Origin: Phoronis australis
Lineage: Eukaryota; Animalia; Phoronida
DNA length: 64,000 bases
Direction of reading: 5' to 3'
Assembly: GCA_002633005.1 (NCBI GenBank)
Contig: NMRA01000069.1
Location: 974,990-1,038,989, forward strand
In this document: in pieces, positions 1 to 12,435 of the stretch
Numbering within the stretch: the first letter of the stretch is position 1
Layout: each line of letters starts with the position of its first letter
The notes under the pieces: generated by a model
Databases searched by the model: none
What the model was told of the DNA's origin: nothing
Seen by the model: only the letters and a program-made list of their open reading frames with translations
Position numbers and translations under genes: made by a program

Positions 1-728
1 CATTACACAACCTGGGTCGGCGTGGTTCCGCATAACATTGCAACAGGAAAGTTCAAACGCGACGTACATTTCAGAAAAACATGATCGCCGACTGAGACTG
101 ACAGTGTAATTTGGCACTGCTGCCAAGCACAACGATAGCTCCATCTAGTGGTTTAACTGGAATCAAGGCAGTCACTCATGGTAAAATAATGTGATTGCAC
201 ATGGCTTTTGATTTAAGCAATGTTTCACAAATGTTTGACAGAATGGCTTAAAATGGAAACATTACGGTTTCTCCGACGCATGCCTGAAAAGATGAATTGT
301 GGGAAATCCTTCTTTAGTTCTCGAAATCTGGTAACAACTGAAGAAGAAGATTTTTCACAATACATTGTGCATTCATCAAGTAATTCTAAAATTAATCACG
401 CTTTAGGTCAAGAAACAAGATTTGGAGCATTTACCGACAGCAAATTTTGAACAATACGCTTGGAAACGATGTAATCTCCAATTTACGAGCAACAATTTTT
501 AGTAAAAAAACTGCTAGTTTAAACTTGTCAATAGCAATAACAACAGTTGAAATAGAACAGTAAACTAACGGAGATACACGGAAATATACCATAGTCACTC
601 GGTAACATAACTACGTATTGGTCAGTTTCGTCAAATTTTCAACGCAATCTCATATGGATCATACATTACACATGTACGAGTAGTTTATGAAAGGATTAAC
701 AAATCTAGCGTTTTTAATGTACACATTG

Positions 729-884
729 GGGGCCCAGTTGCATAAAGGTTATACGACGTATAGCAACAATGACGTCGCATTATCACGCGTCACGTTGTTA
801 TTGGTGAACAATCCGCCTGACGTCATGCAACAATGAAACTTATCTAGCGGATAACTTATGAAGCGTAATAATGCAACCCAGCCC
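729..884. mobile_element. Small MITE, Harbinger-like termini
   Basis: gggcccagttgcat...atgcaacccagccc imperfect TIR. Confidence 0.5.
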
Positions 885-1510
885 TGGTCTCACCGCAACA
901 CACGTGTAAATTAAAGCAGTTATTTACCGGCGTTCCGTTTAATAAGCAGACATTTGATTAATTAGACCACGTTCCGCTGGTGACGACCTGTTACTCACTC
1001 GGATAAGGAATGATTTCCGAGTCTTGCAAGGAACTAGGTGACAGCTCGTATATTGCTCGAGACCACCAATAAAATGACACGCGGTGACAATTCCAACTTG
1101 TAGGGGGCGCTCTTAAGCTGTGGGTTCTTTCAAAGCCCAGAAATTGCATTTATTTTGACTAAGGGACAATTTGTGACCACTATCATAACGGGTATGGATC
1201 AAAATCAATTGTTTTTTGTGACGGAAAGCCAGTTTATAACCGCATAAACTATAACATAACAAGATCTAGCGTGACGCAGATAGTTCTCGGTACAAAGCAC
1301 GAGAGTATTGAATGGAAAATTGCTGACTAGAATTACGTTCTCCAACACGGAGCTTCTCACACTTGAGAAGCAAAACATATGAACAATATAAAACGTATGT
1401 AAAATGGCTGCTCTTGATTGTCTTCGCCAGTCCCGCCGGTTCAAGCGGCAACGACGTCTTAATGCTCTGAAAGCCGGCCGGAAGTCATCATCGAGAGCTA
1501 AGCAGCCTCC

Positions 1511-1649
1511 CGTTCAGTAACACTAGTACCTCTCTAAAAGCAATATTTCGCGGGACTTCGTGAAATATTGCCGTGTATATTGAATAAGAACAAGTGACTT
1601 CGGCAAGATTTTTGCTAGGTCCTTGCTTAGGACTTAGCGCTACTGAACG
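1511..1649. mobile_element. About 140-bp MITE family (CGTTCAGTA...TACTGAACG)
   Basis: TIRs; related copies at 6065-6190, 39843-39960, 62884-63023 and, inverted, about 35450-35541. Confidence 0.7.
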
Positions 1650-3716
1650 CACGCCAGGTGTCGTAGCTGGTTGATACGGCGCAACCGGATAAGTCAATCA
1701 AATGTGCCCATTGTCAAACGATTTGCATTTTATTTTTGTAACGAGAATGCGTACACAATTGTCCACCGAAATCGCTTCTAATTGTGTATTTGGTTGGTAA
1801 CATACGTACATAATGCAAGGCAAAAACTGACAATCTGACATAGTACAGACTCGTTCGTGCGAGTTTTTCTGTGGATCTTTAGGGAATCACCGTGTGTACT
1901 GAAGCGACTAAAACTTCTGCAAGAAGAATTTCCGAAGAAAGACTCGCATGAACATACCTGTAAATGAATAAAGATGTCAACGAATAAGTAACAGTTTTGT
2001 ATCTTAATTTCTTGGTTGAAAATTTTGACACACAGTATTGTGTAAATAAATACACAGTTTCGAGTTTGAGTAAAATTCTCACGCCACGGGAGTTGAAACG
2101 ATTAAATTTTTTATCAGGAATCTATCACCTGAGGCCATTACTACGAAAACGTTTGGAATTCACATTTTTTCGCAGACTACGACAATATACGAGTCACGAG
2201 TTTTGTCGGCTAGCAAAGTGTAAATAATGGCCGAAATTGCCCATGGGCATCGATAGTCCACCTTCCCGTAAGTTATGCACTTTGTTTTTTGATGATAAAT
2301 ATCATTCACGGAAATGTTAGCGGCAACGGCATATTTCTATCTTGACGTCGAACGATTTTTCGTCCGAGATTTCATTAACCTCAATTTGTATGCATGGATA
2401 ATTGACAATTGCTGTAGACTGACACACCATTTGTGTCCTCAGCTGCATACGAAGTGACAAATCATGTTCTGTACACTGATCCTCGCCAACTCACGGAAAT
2501 TTCTAGAAATTTGTCCGACTTCTTTAAGTGTTTTGTAAGTTTCGGCGTGAGATGACGGTTTTCTCAAGAGAGTAGTATTGCTAGCAACAGAGCTTTCCAA
2601 GACGATTGCAGGAAGTGACTTTACAAGATCACGATGCGGCGACTATATTTTAATATGCAGTGTTTAGAGGGCTCCGATAATTGTTGCACAATGTTGAAAG
2701 CTCGAACTGTAACACGTCAACCGCATGATTTCTCACTCTCTCAGCTCAGCCGACAACTGTGAGTTGTTTTAGCGCCATCTATAGGTGTGCCGCATTTTCA
2801 CTTTCCTGGTTCATATGACAACTTTTAGTAATTGCAGAGCCGCCTATAGGTGTTCATCAGCAACGTTGTACAGCATCCAACGAAACATGGTCTTCACGGG
2901 TTTTTTCACTGGGACTGCCTCTATAAAGGACAACGATACAGTATACTGTTTACAAATCACATCACTCGGCACCCAAATTGGCTTGTATTTTCTTAATGCG
3001 AAAAACCACCACTTCTAAAAAATTTCACTCTAAATTATTTAAATACGTGAATTTATGCTGACAATTTTTTGAAAAATTAAATTTCAAGAATTTGAAACAT
3101 TCCCAGGTCGTAAATTTATACTTGTACATACTTTAAAAACTTCTGAAAAGTCTCACTTAAAAATTATCTAAACTTGAATTCATGCTTATCCTTTTTGACA
3201 ATTTATTCAAAATTTCCGCACAATTGCCCTCTTGAAAGTCACTTGAGATTTTTTCGAGGTGATTTTGTTGTTACCATGTTTTTGAAAAAATGCATTTTAA
3301 AAGTTTTCTTGAAATTTTCAAATGTCGCAAAACTATACCGATCATTTTTTCATCAAGCACTTCACTTGAACGAATGATATTGTAACGCCAACTATTGCTT
3401 TTTATGCCAGCACTATTTTTCCTTGACTAGCGCCGCGACGGCCTTATGCAAACAATCGTGTAAGACGCGATAAGCCAAGACAATTCTGGGCTCATCACTG
3501 GTGACTTTAGGCCCATTAACAACATTTGTCTTGCACTCCTACTTTCAAAAATAGTAAGATCTCTATTCAAAACCTCTGAGAAAATACCTGCAATAATTAT
3601 AGTCCGATAATACTCATACGATATGATACTGACTAGACATTATAGCGAAACTGAAGTGGGTGCCGAGTATTGTGATGAACACTAGCGACTGGCTTCAACT
3701 GAGATTATTCAATGAC

Positions 3717-3857
3717 TGGCTGCACTTGACTTACTTCGCAGGTTCAGCCGTTCAAGAAGCCTGATTGGTTCACGATGAAGACTTCCAACAAACAAACCAA
3801 TCAGATTTAGTAGCCGGTTGATCCGGCTGAACCGGTCGAGTGAATCAAATGCAGCCA
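3717..3857. mobile_element. Hairpin MITE with internal inverted CCAAT boxes
   Basis: tggctgcacttgacttact...ggttcagccg / cggctgaacc...agtgaatcaaatgcagcca; related copy at about 9131-9267. Confidence 0.65.
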
Positions 3858-4235
3858 TCGACGACCCGCAAAATTTGGATGAGAAGTAAAGAAAATCAAT
3901 GTGATAACACGGGAAGTAATGAATTTCATTAAATAAAACTTATTGGCTGACTTGATTTTCAATGTTTGGGAGCTACTTGAAACACTGAAATGATGTTGAT
4001 CGTGAGGTCAAAGATGTCATGCTTAAAGCAACAAAACAAAACAAGACATGCCAGAGCCAACACTAATATACATGCAATAAAGTAGCCAATATTCATCCCT
4101 CGCGACCTACACGAACGTACTCACTGATAACGTCATTTGACCACGAATACGATGTTTTCCCCTTCTCACGAGACTAGCTTCTTTTCTCATCAGCTGAAAT
4201 AATTTCCTTCCAATATTTTTTGTTCCTTAGGTTGT

Positions 4236-4809
4236 ACCATAGACTATAGTACATGAACCGCCAACTCCATATACTTTTAATGGACGAAATCTGTGATCTT
4301 ACACATGAGCCGTGACGTCAATAGTCACTAGCTACACCTGGCAGGTATCATAATAGCACGCATTACTTTCGGCAAGTACGTCGTCTGCTAAGCATGACCG
4401 ATTTGGATCGGCGATTTTGCCCAACTCACATCCGTGTTTAAGTAAATTGAATGCTCTCGAAACGTTAACTTCTTAAATAAAGCTCATATTTTAGTATTAA
4501 AATACTCCAGAAATAATCAAGAGGCGTACTCAAAAAACAATCTCGCACTTCAACAGGAGTTTACTTGATGTTTCATTTTAATCTCGAATACACCCCCGTG
4601 CCACTCTACTGTTGGAAGACTTTGAGCAATGTCTCAAAGCCAAAATTATTATTTTTTCGTTGTATTAGACAGTAAAAAAGATGGAAGAATTTCCCGTCAC
4701 AATATTACTAACCGGAAGCTGAACTTACTATGTTTAGAGGGTAGCGCCTGCTCTAGGAAGTTTCGAAGAAAATGTCGGAGTTACGAATCTCTAGTCTATA
4801 ATCCATGGT
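4236..4809. mobile_element. MITE with ACCATRGAYTATAG termini
   Basis: Terminal inverted repeats accatagactatag / ctataatccatggt; homologous copy at 44616-45019. Confidence 0.75.
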
Positions 4810-6064
4810 GGAAGACAGTTTTGAAACAATGCATCAAGCGAATCTAATGACACGGTGAAAGCAACTAAGGTTCACGAGGAAATAGCTGTAACGCATGAGA
4901 TAAAAAGTACAGCTCGCGATGACAGAACTCTGTGACAAAAGATCACAGTCGAGTCAGTGAGAACTCCCTCTAGCGGAGTCTCAGGGAGGAAGATTGGCTA
5001 CACTGATATTCAAACCGCGTTCCAAGCAAAACGTTCTCCGAAAGTAACACATTTTCATAGTTATGTTACAAAATGTGTACAAGATTGCGATGACGCACAC
5101 TAACAGTTTTGGTGTCTGCGCATGTAAATCGAACGAAGACGAAGCATGAACGCTTCAAGAAGTCCAGTCCACAGTAGCTTTTAGCAATACAGTATTAATC
5201 AATACTCAAGTACAATTATGTACAGTAGCTAGGAATGGGTAAAAAATTTGTTGTCCACACTATCAATTTTTCTTTCGGTCAAAATATTCAACTTTACCGT
5301 GGGATGTGAGACAGAGTTGAAATGCCAATGTCCTTTCGAAGGTTAAGCAGTATTACCGCTACGTTGAAAAGACAGACGCCTCGACCAATAAGTTAACACT
5401 TTTCATGCAACATAAAAATTGACAACAAACACCACACTCACGTAGAATTTTTGTTCATGTTTACGTTTTGCACAAGTTCACGACAATCACTGCAATGGCA
5501 CTACTCTCTATACTAAGTAAGCGTCTTTAATCATTTCAAACAAATTAATGAATCGTGAAAAAGTCCTGAGTCTGTTTCGTGAAAAGTTATTTAATGCATA
5601 AAACACAAATCTGGTCTTATGGTAGACATAAAAATTTCTGAAAAATAATCAAAATTTATATGAGTAAAAGTGCAGTCTCTGAGAATGTAAAATTAACTGT
5701 TAGTTGTTTAGGTAATTTCTATTAAAGCATTCCTAGACTGTGAGGCGCTCACAATTACCTGGATAAAACTTTATTGAGTCGTTTTGATGTGGGAAGGCAA
5801 GACAAAATTGTTGTATCGAGTCTTAAGTCTCTTTCATTAAAAACAACGAGACTTTTCAACTTCAATATGTTTCGATATCTCAAACATCATCATCAGGACA
5901 AACAGTCTAGTTCATGTAACAATCTAGAGCCACACCGTGTACAGTAGAGCTATCAACACGCATTATAGCAACATGAAACAGACCCCAGGGGTTGGCACTA
6001 AGCTATACAAAGGTATATGACAAGTAGCTCATTTCATTGATTAGTTTTTGTTTGACCAGGTAGA

Positions 6065-6190
6065 GTTCAATAACGACAGGACCTCGTTTGAAAAGCAAGT
6101 CTGCGAGATAAAGCGAGATATTGCCGTGTATTTTCAATGAGAGCACGGGATTTTGGCTAGATTTTTCTTGTCGCAAGACGGCTACTGAAC
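6065..6190. mobile_element. About 140-bp MITE family copy (diverged)
   Basis: gttcaataacg...gatattgccgtgtatt...ggctagattttt...tactgaac. Confidence 0.6.
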
Positions 6191-9100
6191 ACTACCCAGG
6201 ATGTTTCGTTGTTGGCAGCCTGCTTTGAAAACCATACAAGGCGTAATTGTGCAGCGAACGATCTAAAGCCACAATCAGCACCCTCTTTATAAGCATTGGT
6301 GTTTGGCGATGAAGCCCTTTTACAATGTTTTTAAGAAGGAGAGTTCGTGTCTCGAATTTTACACAGTATTTTATGTAACAAACGGATTGGGATTGAATGT
6401 TTGTTTAAACGGTTGATCTTGCTTCAAAGTTTACCAAGCGTAGCTTGACAACTAACGCTTTCGACATTAGCATTGCACGAGCAAATCACCAGAAAGTGGC
6501 AGGGTCACTGACCCAGCTAACACGTTACATTTCAGGTTTGGGAAATTTACAAATCAAACAACGAATTGTTTAAAAAAACATTTTCTTTCTACCCACTACT
6601 GAAACGATAATTATAGTAGCGTTGCGTAGACCAAGTTTATTATGTGAAAAGCAAGGTCTAGCGAAATCTCGCAAAATCGCGCAAGTGAAAAGTGAATGTT
6701 TCCCAAGCATGCTCGGTACCTTATCCTATCAAAATGGAGGTAGTTGAAGTGATTGGTTGGTGTTTGTAATGTCGGATTTCTGTATTGAAATCAGTTTCCA
6801 TTCCATAAGCAAAGATTTTCGTCGCAAGTGCAAGCTAGTATCTTGGGTCAACGAAACTCGTCCAAAGAAAACCAAATTGACAAAATAAATCTCAAATCTT
6901 TCCACACCGTGACAGAAAAATATTACATCTTCAACTTTCTTCTCCCGCTAGTGCACTGACAAGAATAAAAGAGTGCCAAAAAGCCATAAGAGGGTTGACC
7001 AACATCTTCAAGACTGTTCTGTTTCATAGCAACCAAACGATCTGTTCATTCCTTTTGATATCAGGAATTAATTGATATCTATGACATTAACGTCAGAGAA
7101 AACGCTGGTGCGAGTTTGTCAGATTCAAACAGATTATTTTAGAAGTTTCATTTTATCACGCGAGTGGGAAGATTAAAATGCAGGTTAATTATTTTGTAAA
7201 CGGTGGAGTCCAGTGGAACGTTGGAGGACGATTTCTAAACCAAAGAAATGAGCCACGTAGAAGAGGAAGTTGACGACGCTTACCAGATGAGATGTAAACA
7301 ACACACTCTGTGGTATTAAGCTGAAAGGAACGGGTGAAATTGAGACAAAAGAACAGAAACGAAAGAATACAATTCACTTTAGGTGGTGAATAAAGAGTTG
7401 TACTCAATGGCATGTTCAATTTTATTTAAAAAACTGCATAGTTGATGGTTAGGGCCACAGAAAAACATGTTAATACGCGATTCTTTACCGGAGGTTTTTA
7501 TGACTTTTGACGTCATCTTATTGACATTTGTTCAGCTGGCATCCGGTCAAGAACCCAGGTCACTTGTACACTCTTCCCCATTACTACGAGGTATAGCACT
7601 AACTGCGAAAGGATGATGTAACATGGCTTTTCATGTAACGTTCGGACATTTCAATTGGTTGAAAAACAGCAATCGGGTATTCCGATTGGTTGATGTTGTC
7701 AAAGGTATACGTATACTATAGCTGCTCAATCTATTGAGGAATGCCTTTGTGGCTTGGCACTGCAGCAACACACTCCACACAAGTTCCTGTTGCGTGTCAC
7801 TCAATATAAGAATAGGCCCAAATAAGCAAACAACAAAGCGATTCCCAGATAATTTTCGGCTCAGTCCCAGTGTTTACTACAAATGTTCTAACCGAGGCAT
7901 GGAGACTTATGCCCAAGCCCAGGGATTTCTGTGTATCGGCTATCACCCTTTCACAGACTGGAACCTTCACTAGCAGTCATAACTGTGAAAGACAGCTCAA
8001 TCATTTCTTACTCGTCACACACCTGACGAACTACACGCGCAATGTGCATGTTTTTACATTCAAAGAAACATGCAAAATCATGTATGCATCACATATTTCA
8101 AGCGCTGGTCCACGTTTTCGTTAAGGGTAGTTTCGTCAGATGTTTATTCTTGCTTGCTATCCGTAGAGTTTGGGCACTTTGTTTACGCGTACGGTGCATT
8201 TCATGTATATATATCCATGTCACGTGATACTCACTAAGACCCAATGATATCTACATGTCATTCCACATTTCCCGCGAGTGTACAAGCTCTAGGGAAAGCA
8301 AACGTTTTCCCACGCCTCTTTTTAATTGAAATGGTCGTGGCCATATCCCGTGTTCTTTGTACGTGAATGGGACACTTAGATTCAGCTACGCTGTGCATGA
8401 CGTTTCCTCGTGAACTTATCCCAGATCTCCAAACACGTGATCAGGACGTAGTAGCAAGGCAAGACGTGCGAGCCCAAGCAATGGGAGAACTTTACAAAGT
8501 AATAGATATTGATCACGTTGGACCGGTGGCTACTGATGCATTGAAGCTGTAAGGGAAGGAAATTTACTCATCATCAAGAAAACCCAGGGAGCTCCAATAA
8601 ACTATTCTTTTTACAAAATGAAAGCGTTCTCCTATGCCATTGGCAGCAAATTAAGTGAGTGCATTCGTGAGCCTAGTTTCTTGGGTGTTGCAATAGGTCC
8701 CGCAAGTCTTCACGAGATATCGCCATGCATTGCAAGCGGGTCACGTGATCTCACTAACTCCAGTCGCGAGGATTTTTTATTGCAGCACAGTCCCCGTATC
8801 TGGGCTAGATCTAACACCAGGTGACGCCAGAGGTTATCGGTCACACGAAACCATTCGACATTGCGTCGCCAGTCTCCGCTTTAAATAGTGAGCAACAACT
8901 TGTAAAAGGAATTGGAAAGAAAGAGCAAGATGAGCAAAGATTCAGAAGAAAGAAGAAGTATTTTAGATATAAAACTGCACGTCGTACGCCGTTGGTTTCA
9001 GTGCATGCAAATTCTAAAAATGACAGCTGGGTCAAGGAATGGGTATTATGCCATACTGAAGAAAAATTGCAAATGGATTCAAAGGTTAAGACGAGTATCC

Positions 9101-10325
9101 TTTCTCGATCCTCTCAATGACTGGACTAGATGCACTCTCTCGGTTCAGCAGGGTCAGTCGACTAAGACATCTGATTGGTTCACAATGACGTCTTCCGGCT
9201 TACAAACCAATCATACGTCTTGTCTCGTAGACTGCCAGGCTGAATCGGCGGAGTGAATGATTTGCCATAAACACGCACTTCATTAACGAAATTTAGCCCA
9301 CGGTGGGTAAGTCGTCAGAAAAGAAACTGTTTGGAGCAAATTTTGTGGCACAGCGTCTAAAGCGACGTGCTACCTGTAAAGTTTACACTTAAAGTTATTG
9401 TCAGTCAAGAGCAAGCAAAACAACAAACGGTGAGCAAGGACCGAGGAGAGAATATTATACAGTAAACAGTTAAGGTGACCGACGAGCACCTCGTGTGTTA
9501 CAAGCGTGCACAGCATGAACATGCAGTACAGGGTGTAGCGACCACTACAAAACGTGCGGAACGTGCGTCCTCAGCATTTCTGGCGCGCCGACGGACACAA
9601 CTCCGTGTTAAAAATGCAAAAAGCACCTTACATGTAATTTGTGTTTTCATGTGACCCGGGCCTAAAGAAATAACATAGCATAGGCAGTTATCTCAATATC
9701 AAAATGGCCGCCAGAAAAGCTGCTTCAGGATAAACCCACCGCCATTGGCACGATTCGTGGAACGTTAACGTGTCACTTTTGATAACATTAATTTTAAGTC
9801 ATGTCACTAAAATAATGAAATTGACGACGACCACTTTCATGATATAGATCATATTCACAATTTTTTGTTCATGTAAGATATGATCATACTAACTGTCAGG
9901 CGTGTACATCGTGACTGCGTTCCGTAGTCGCAACAATGTAGCGGCTAAAAGAACTGTGGTCACGTGCTTCGCTTGCAACGCATGACAAATCTGGCGTGAC
10001 ATTGGGCTTTTGCGCCCTCATAGCGTTTACAGAAAGCTGTCTTGTACATATGTGTAAATATCAACTTTATAATCAAAGCAAAATTTCAGAAGTGCCTTTT
10101 TCATCTTCATTCCCATTACAGTTATCACAATAATTATCTCAAAATAACGGGGGTGATTGTACATGTATAGCATTTATCTCTTTGGTTGTAAGAAGAAATA
10201 TCCAGTAATGAAGCATCCCTTCAATTTTTTTGGTCTCGCCGACTCTACCATTTTTTGTGGCCTTTCGGTGAAATTAACCTCCCTATCGAGTTTAGTGCAA
10301 GTGAATTCCGATGTATTTTTGTTCG

Positions 10326-10396
10326 TTAGGAAGGGAGCAAATCCTGTGGAATCACCCAATAATATAACGAATCGTTAAACGTCCCAATGTCTATAT
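10326..10396 (-). CDS. PCLO: Piccolo-like putative terminal exon 18
   Basis: tatgcag|DIDIGTFNDSLYYWVIPQDLLPS-stop; phase matches, but the preceding intron is only 46 nt. Confidence 0.5.
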
Positions 10397-10442
10397 CTGC
10401 ATAAACGAATATCATGTCTTAGCCCTTGTCAACTGTGCCTAC

Positions 10443-10545
10443 CTGTTGTACCATTGGTTGCTATGGCAACTCTCTCACGAGAAGACGACCTTTCACGACT
10501 TTTTTCGCGGGACGAAGAACTGTCTCTGCTCTTCGATTTTGACTT
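10443..10545 (-). CDS. PCLO: Piccolo-like exon 17 (RS-rich)
   Basis: tttcag|KSKSKSRDSSSSREKSRERSSSRER...G|gtaggc; phase 0-1. Confidence 0.75.
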
Positions 10546-10773
10546 CTGAAATTAAAGGAATCTGGTCATCTCCAAAGGATCTCAGTTCATTTTCGGCCAG
10601 TTTGTTCTAAATAGAGGCCACGCTCACGAGTGAATGAATACGAACTGGGCCTAAAGCAATCTCGTTTCTATAAACAATTCTTTTTTATACCTATCTTTTT
10701 GATTTGATGTGCGGCTCAACTTTTAATAAGACAGACTTTTGAACAAAAATCACGAGTTACAATGCCACCCTAC

Positions 10774-10952
10774 CCGGCCTCCATCAGAACTTGGGGAAAG
10801 CAGGTCTCTTCGTCCGGCCGGAGATCTGCCACGTGACTTGCGACCAGCATCGCTAGAGTCGCCAATCTCCGGCGCGATGCCGAGTTTGTCTTCTATGAAA
10901 GACTTGTCACAAAGCTTGTACCATCGAGGTTTGTTGTCGAGCGTTCTTTCGT
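10774..10952 (-). CDS. PCLO: Piccolo-like exon 16 (last C2A strand and tail)
   Basis: ttgtag|DERTLDNKPRWYKL, matching the LDN-PRWY-L end of Piccolo/RIM C2A; phase 1-0. Confidence 0.88.
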
Positions 10953-11465
10953 CTACAATAATTGTATATGAAATTGCTTCATCAAAGCGCTCTTCATTCG
11001 TCATAGATGTTACATAATATCGCGTCAGCCACGTCGAAAGTTTTATGTAGATTGTTTGCCATACGACTAGCATAACCAAAGCACTGCAGAATCAAAAGAT
11101 AACAGGAGCAACCCGAAACTGTGGGGTTCAAAGGGTCGACACCAGGCTTCTGTCGTGCCTTGTAAGACAGTTTGCAAATTAGTTGCGATCATCCATGGTC
11201 ACGATAGTAAAAAGCAAAATCCAGGGGCCTGTTTCAGGAAAAATGACTTAAGATGTAAGACAGAAGTTCAGTCTTAGGCTCCCACCTCACGTGTGACCTC
11301 AAATTAAGTCAAAATTTAGGAGCAAACACCAAGAATTCTTAATTTTTCTGTTGTATAATCAACGAGTTTTCACTGAAAATGCCTCACGAATGACTAGCGT
11401 TATTGAAAACGCAAAGCAAACACAATCTTTGAGACACACCGAGAGTTGACACAATTTCAGCTCAC

Positions 11466-11647
11466 CAAGAGGTAACAACAGCTCGCCCATAAAGTCATCA
11501 CGCGAGAATCTATCGTAGTCCCAGACCGACACTTGAATAATTCTTCGACGAAGGTGTTTGCGGGGTACGTTCATGAAAATCAGCGTTTGGTGCCAAACCG
11601 GGCTAAGAGTTTTATCAATGTGTTTCGTGCGATGTTTAGAATCGTTT
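11466..11647 (-). CDS. PCLO: Piccolo-like exon 15 (C2A, second half)
   Basis: RTKHIDKTLSPVWHQTLIF...VSVWDYDRFSRDDFMGELLLPL; phase 2-1. Confidence 0.93.
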
Positions 11648-12262
11648 CTGAAACGAAATTGAATGAGAATTTATTAGATATTTTGACTTTCAACACAAAA
11701 GGGCACGCGCGCATGCGACTTGCTAGTCTTGGATATTATCGCAAGTAATTGACAACGTATTTTCTTCTGATATTTAGATCAGTAAACGCGAATTCTTTGT
11801 TACGGTAATTATGTGATGCTTGTCTATGCCATCCATGCCATTAACGCATGCGCTGATGACGTTTTCTCTTTGCTGTCCACGAATTTTCTAGTAGCTACTC
11901 AACAAAATGAATAGCCTTTTGATGAAAAAACGCGCGTGTTGGACTGCATCTCAATTTGAGCTTAATTTGCCAGATAAATAGTGTTCGTTCATGTCTACAA
12001 AATCAGCCGTATCGAAAATAACGCTTCAAGGTTGTTTGAATTTAAGACCTCATTTGAGACCTGCAACTGATGGCCGTTTCAAAGAATTGCAATAAAGCTG
12101 CTTCGTTCAGCAACAGAATAACTTAATCTCCTGAGAGAAGTGGATGTCTGTCAATATTCGCCTCAGAGTACAACGCAAGTGCGTGGTTATATCTGTTTAT
12201 CCAAAATCAGAACTAGTACTGCTAAGTACCTTGAAACGTTCAATATAATACGAAATCCTTAC

Positions 12263-12435
12263 TGTTTCGGAGGGAGAATGCAAACTTTGACAAAGGGGTC
12301 AGACAATCCGTTGCTGTCTTTTGGTATCAGGTTGCTTGCTTGAAGAACGTGAACGTTGAGAGTGTGGTCGTACGTGTCGTAGCTCAGCTGAAGCTCGATC
12401 TCGCCGAAGTTTTGAGTCGGCTTTCGGTTTATATA
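12263..12435 (-). CDS. PCLO: Piccolo-like exon 14 (C2A, first half)
   Basis: Not in the ORF track. [45 protein letters not shown]; phase 0-2. Confidence 0.93.

Noticed and set aside
138-151. CTCF-like motif (CCACTAGATGGAGC on minus), with similar motifs near 1100, 2771 and 14108
   Set aside because: Short motif matches alone cannot show binding; expected by chance or from repeats.
8367-9256. Cluster of short overlapping ORFs downstream of the Piccolo-like gene, checked as possible C2B exons
   Set aside because: No C2 signature in the frames I read; more likely 3'UTR or intergenic, and partly overlapping a repeat.
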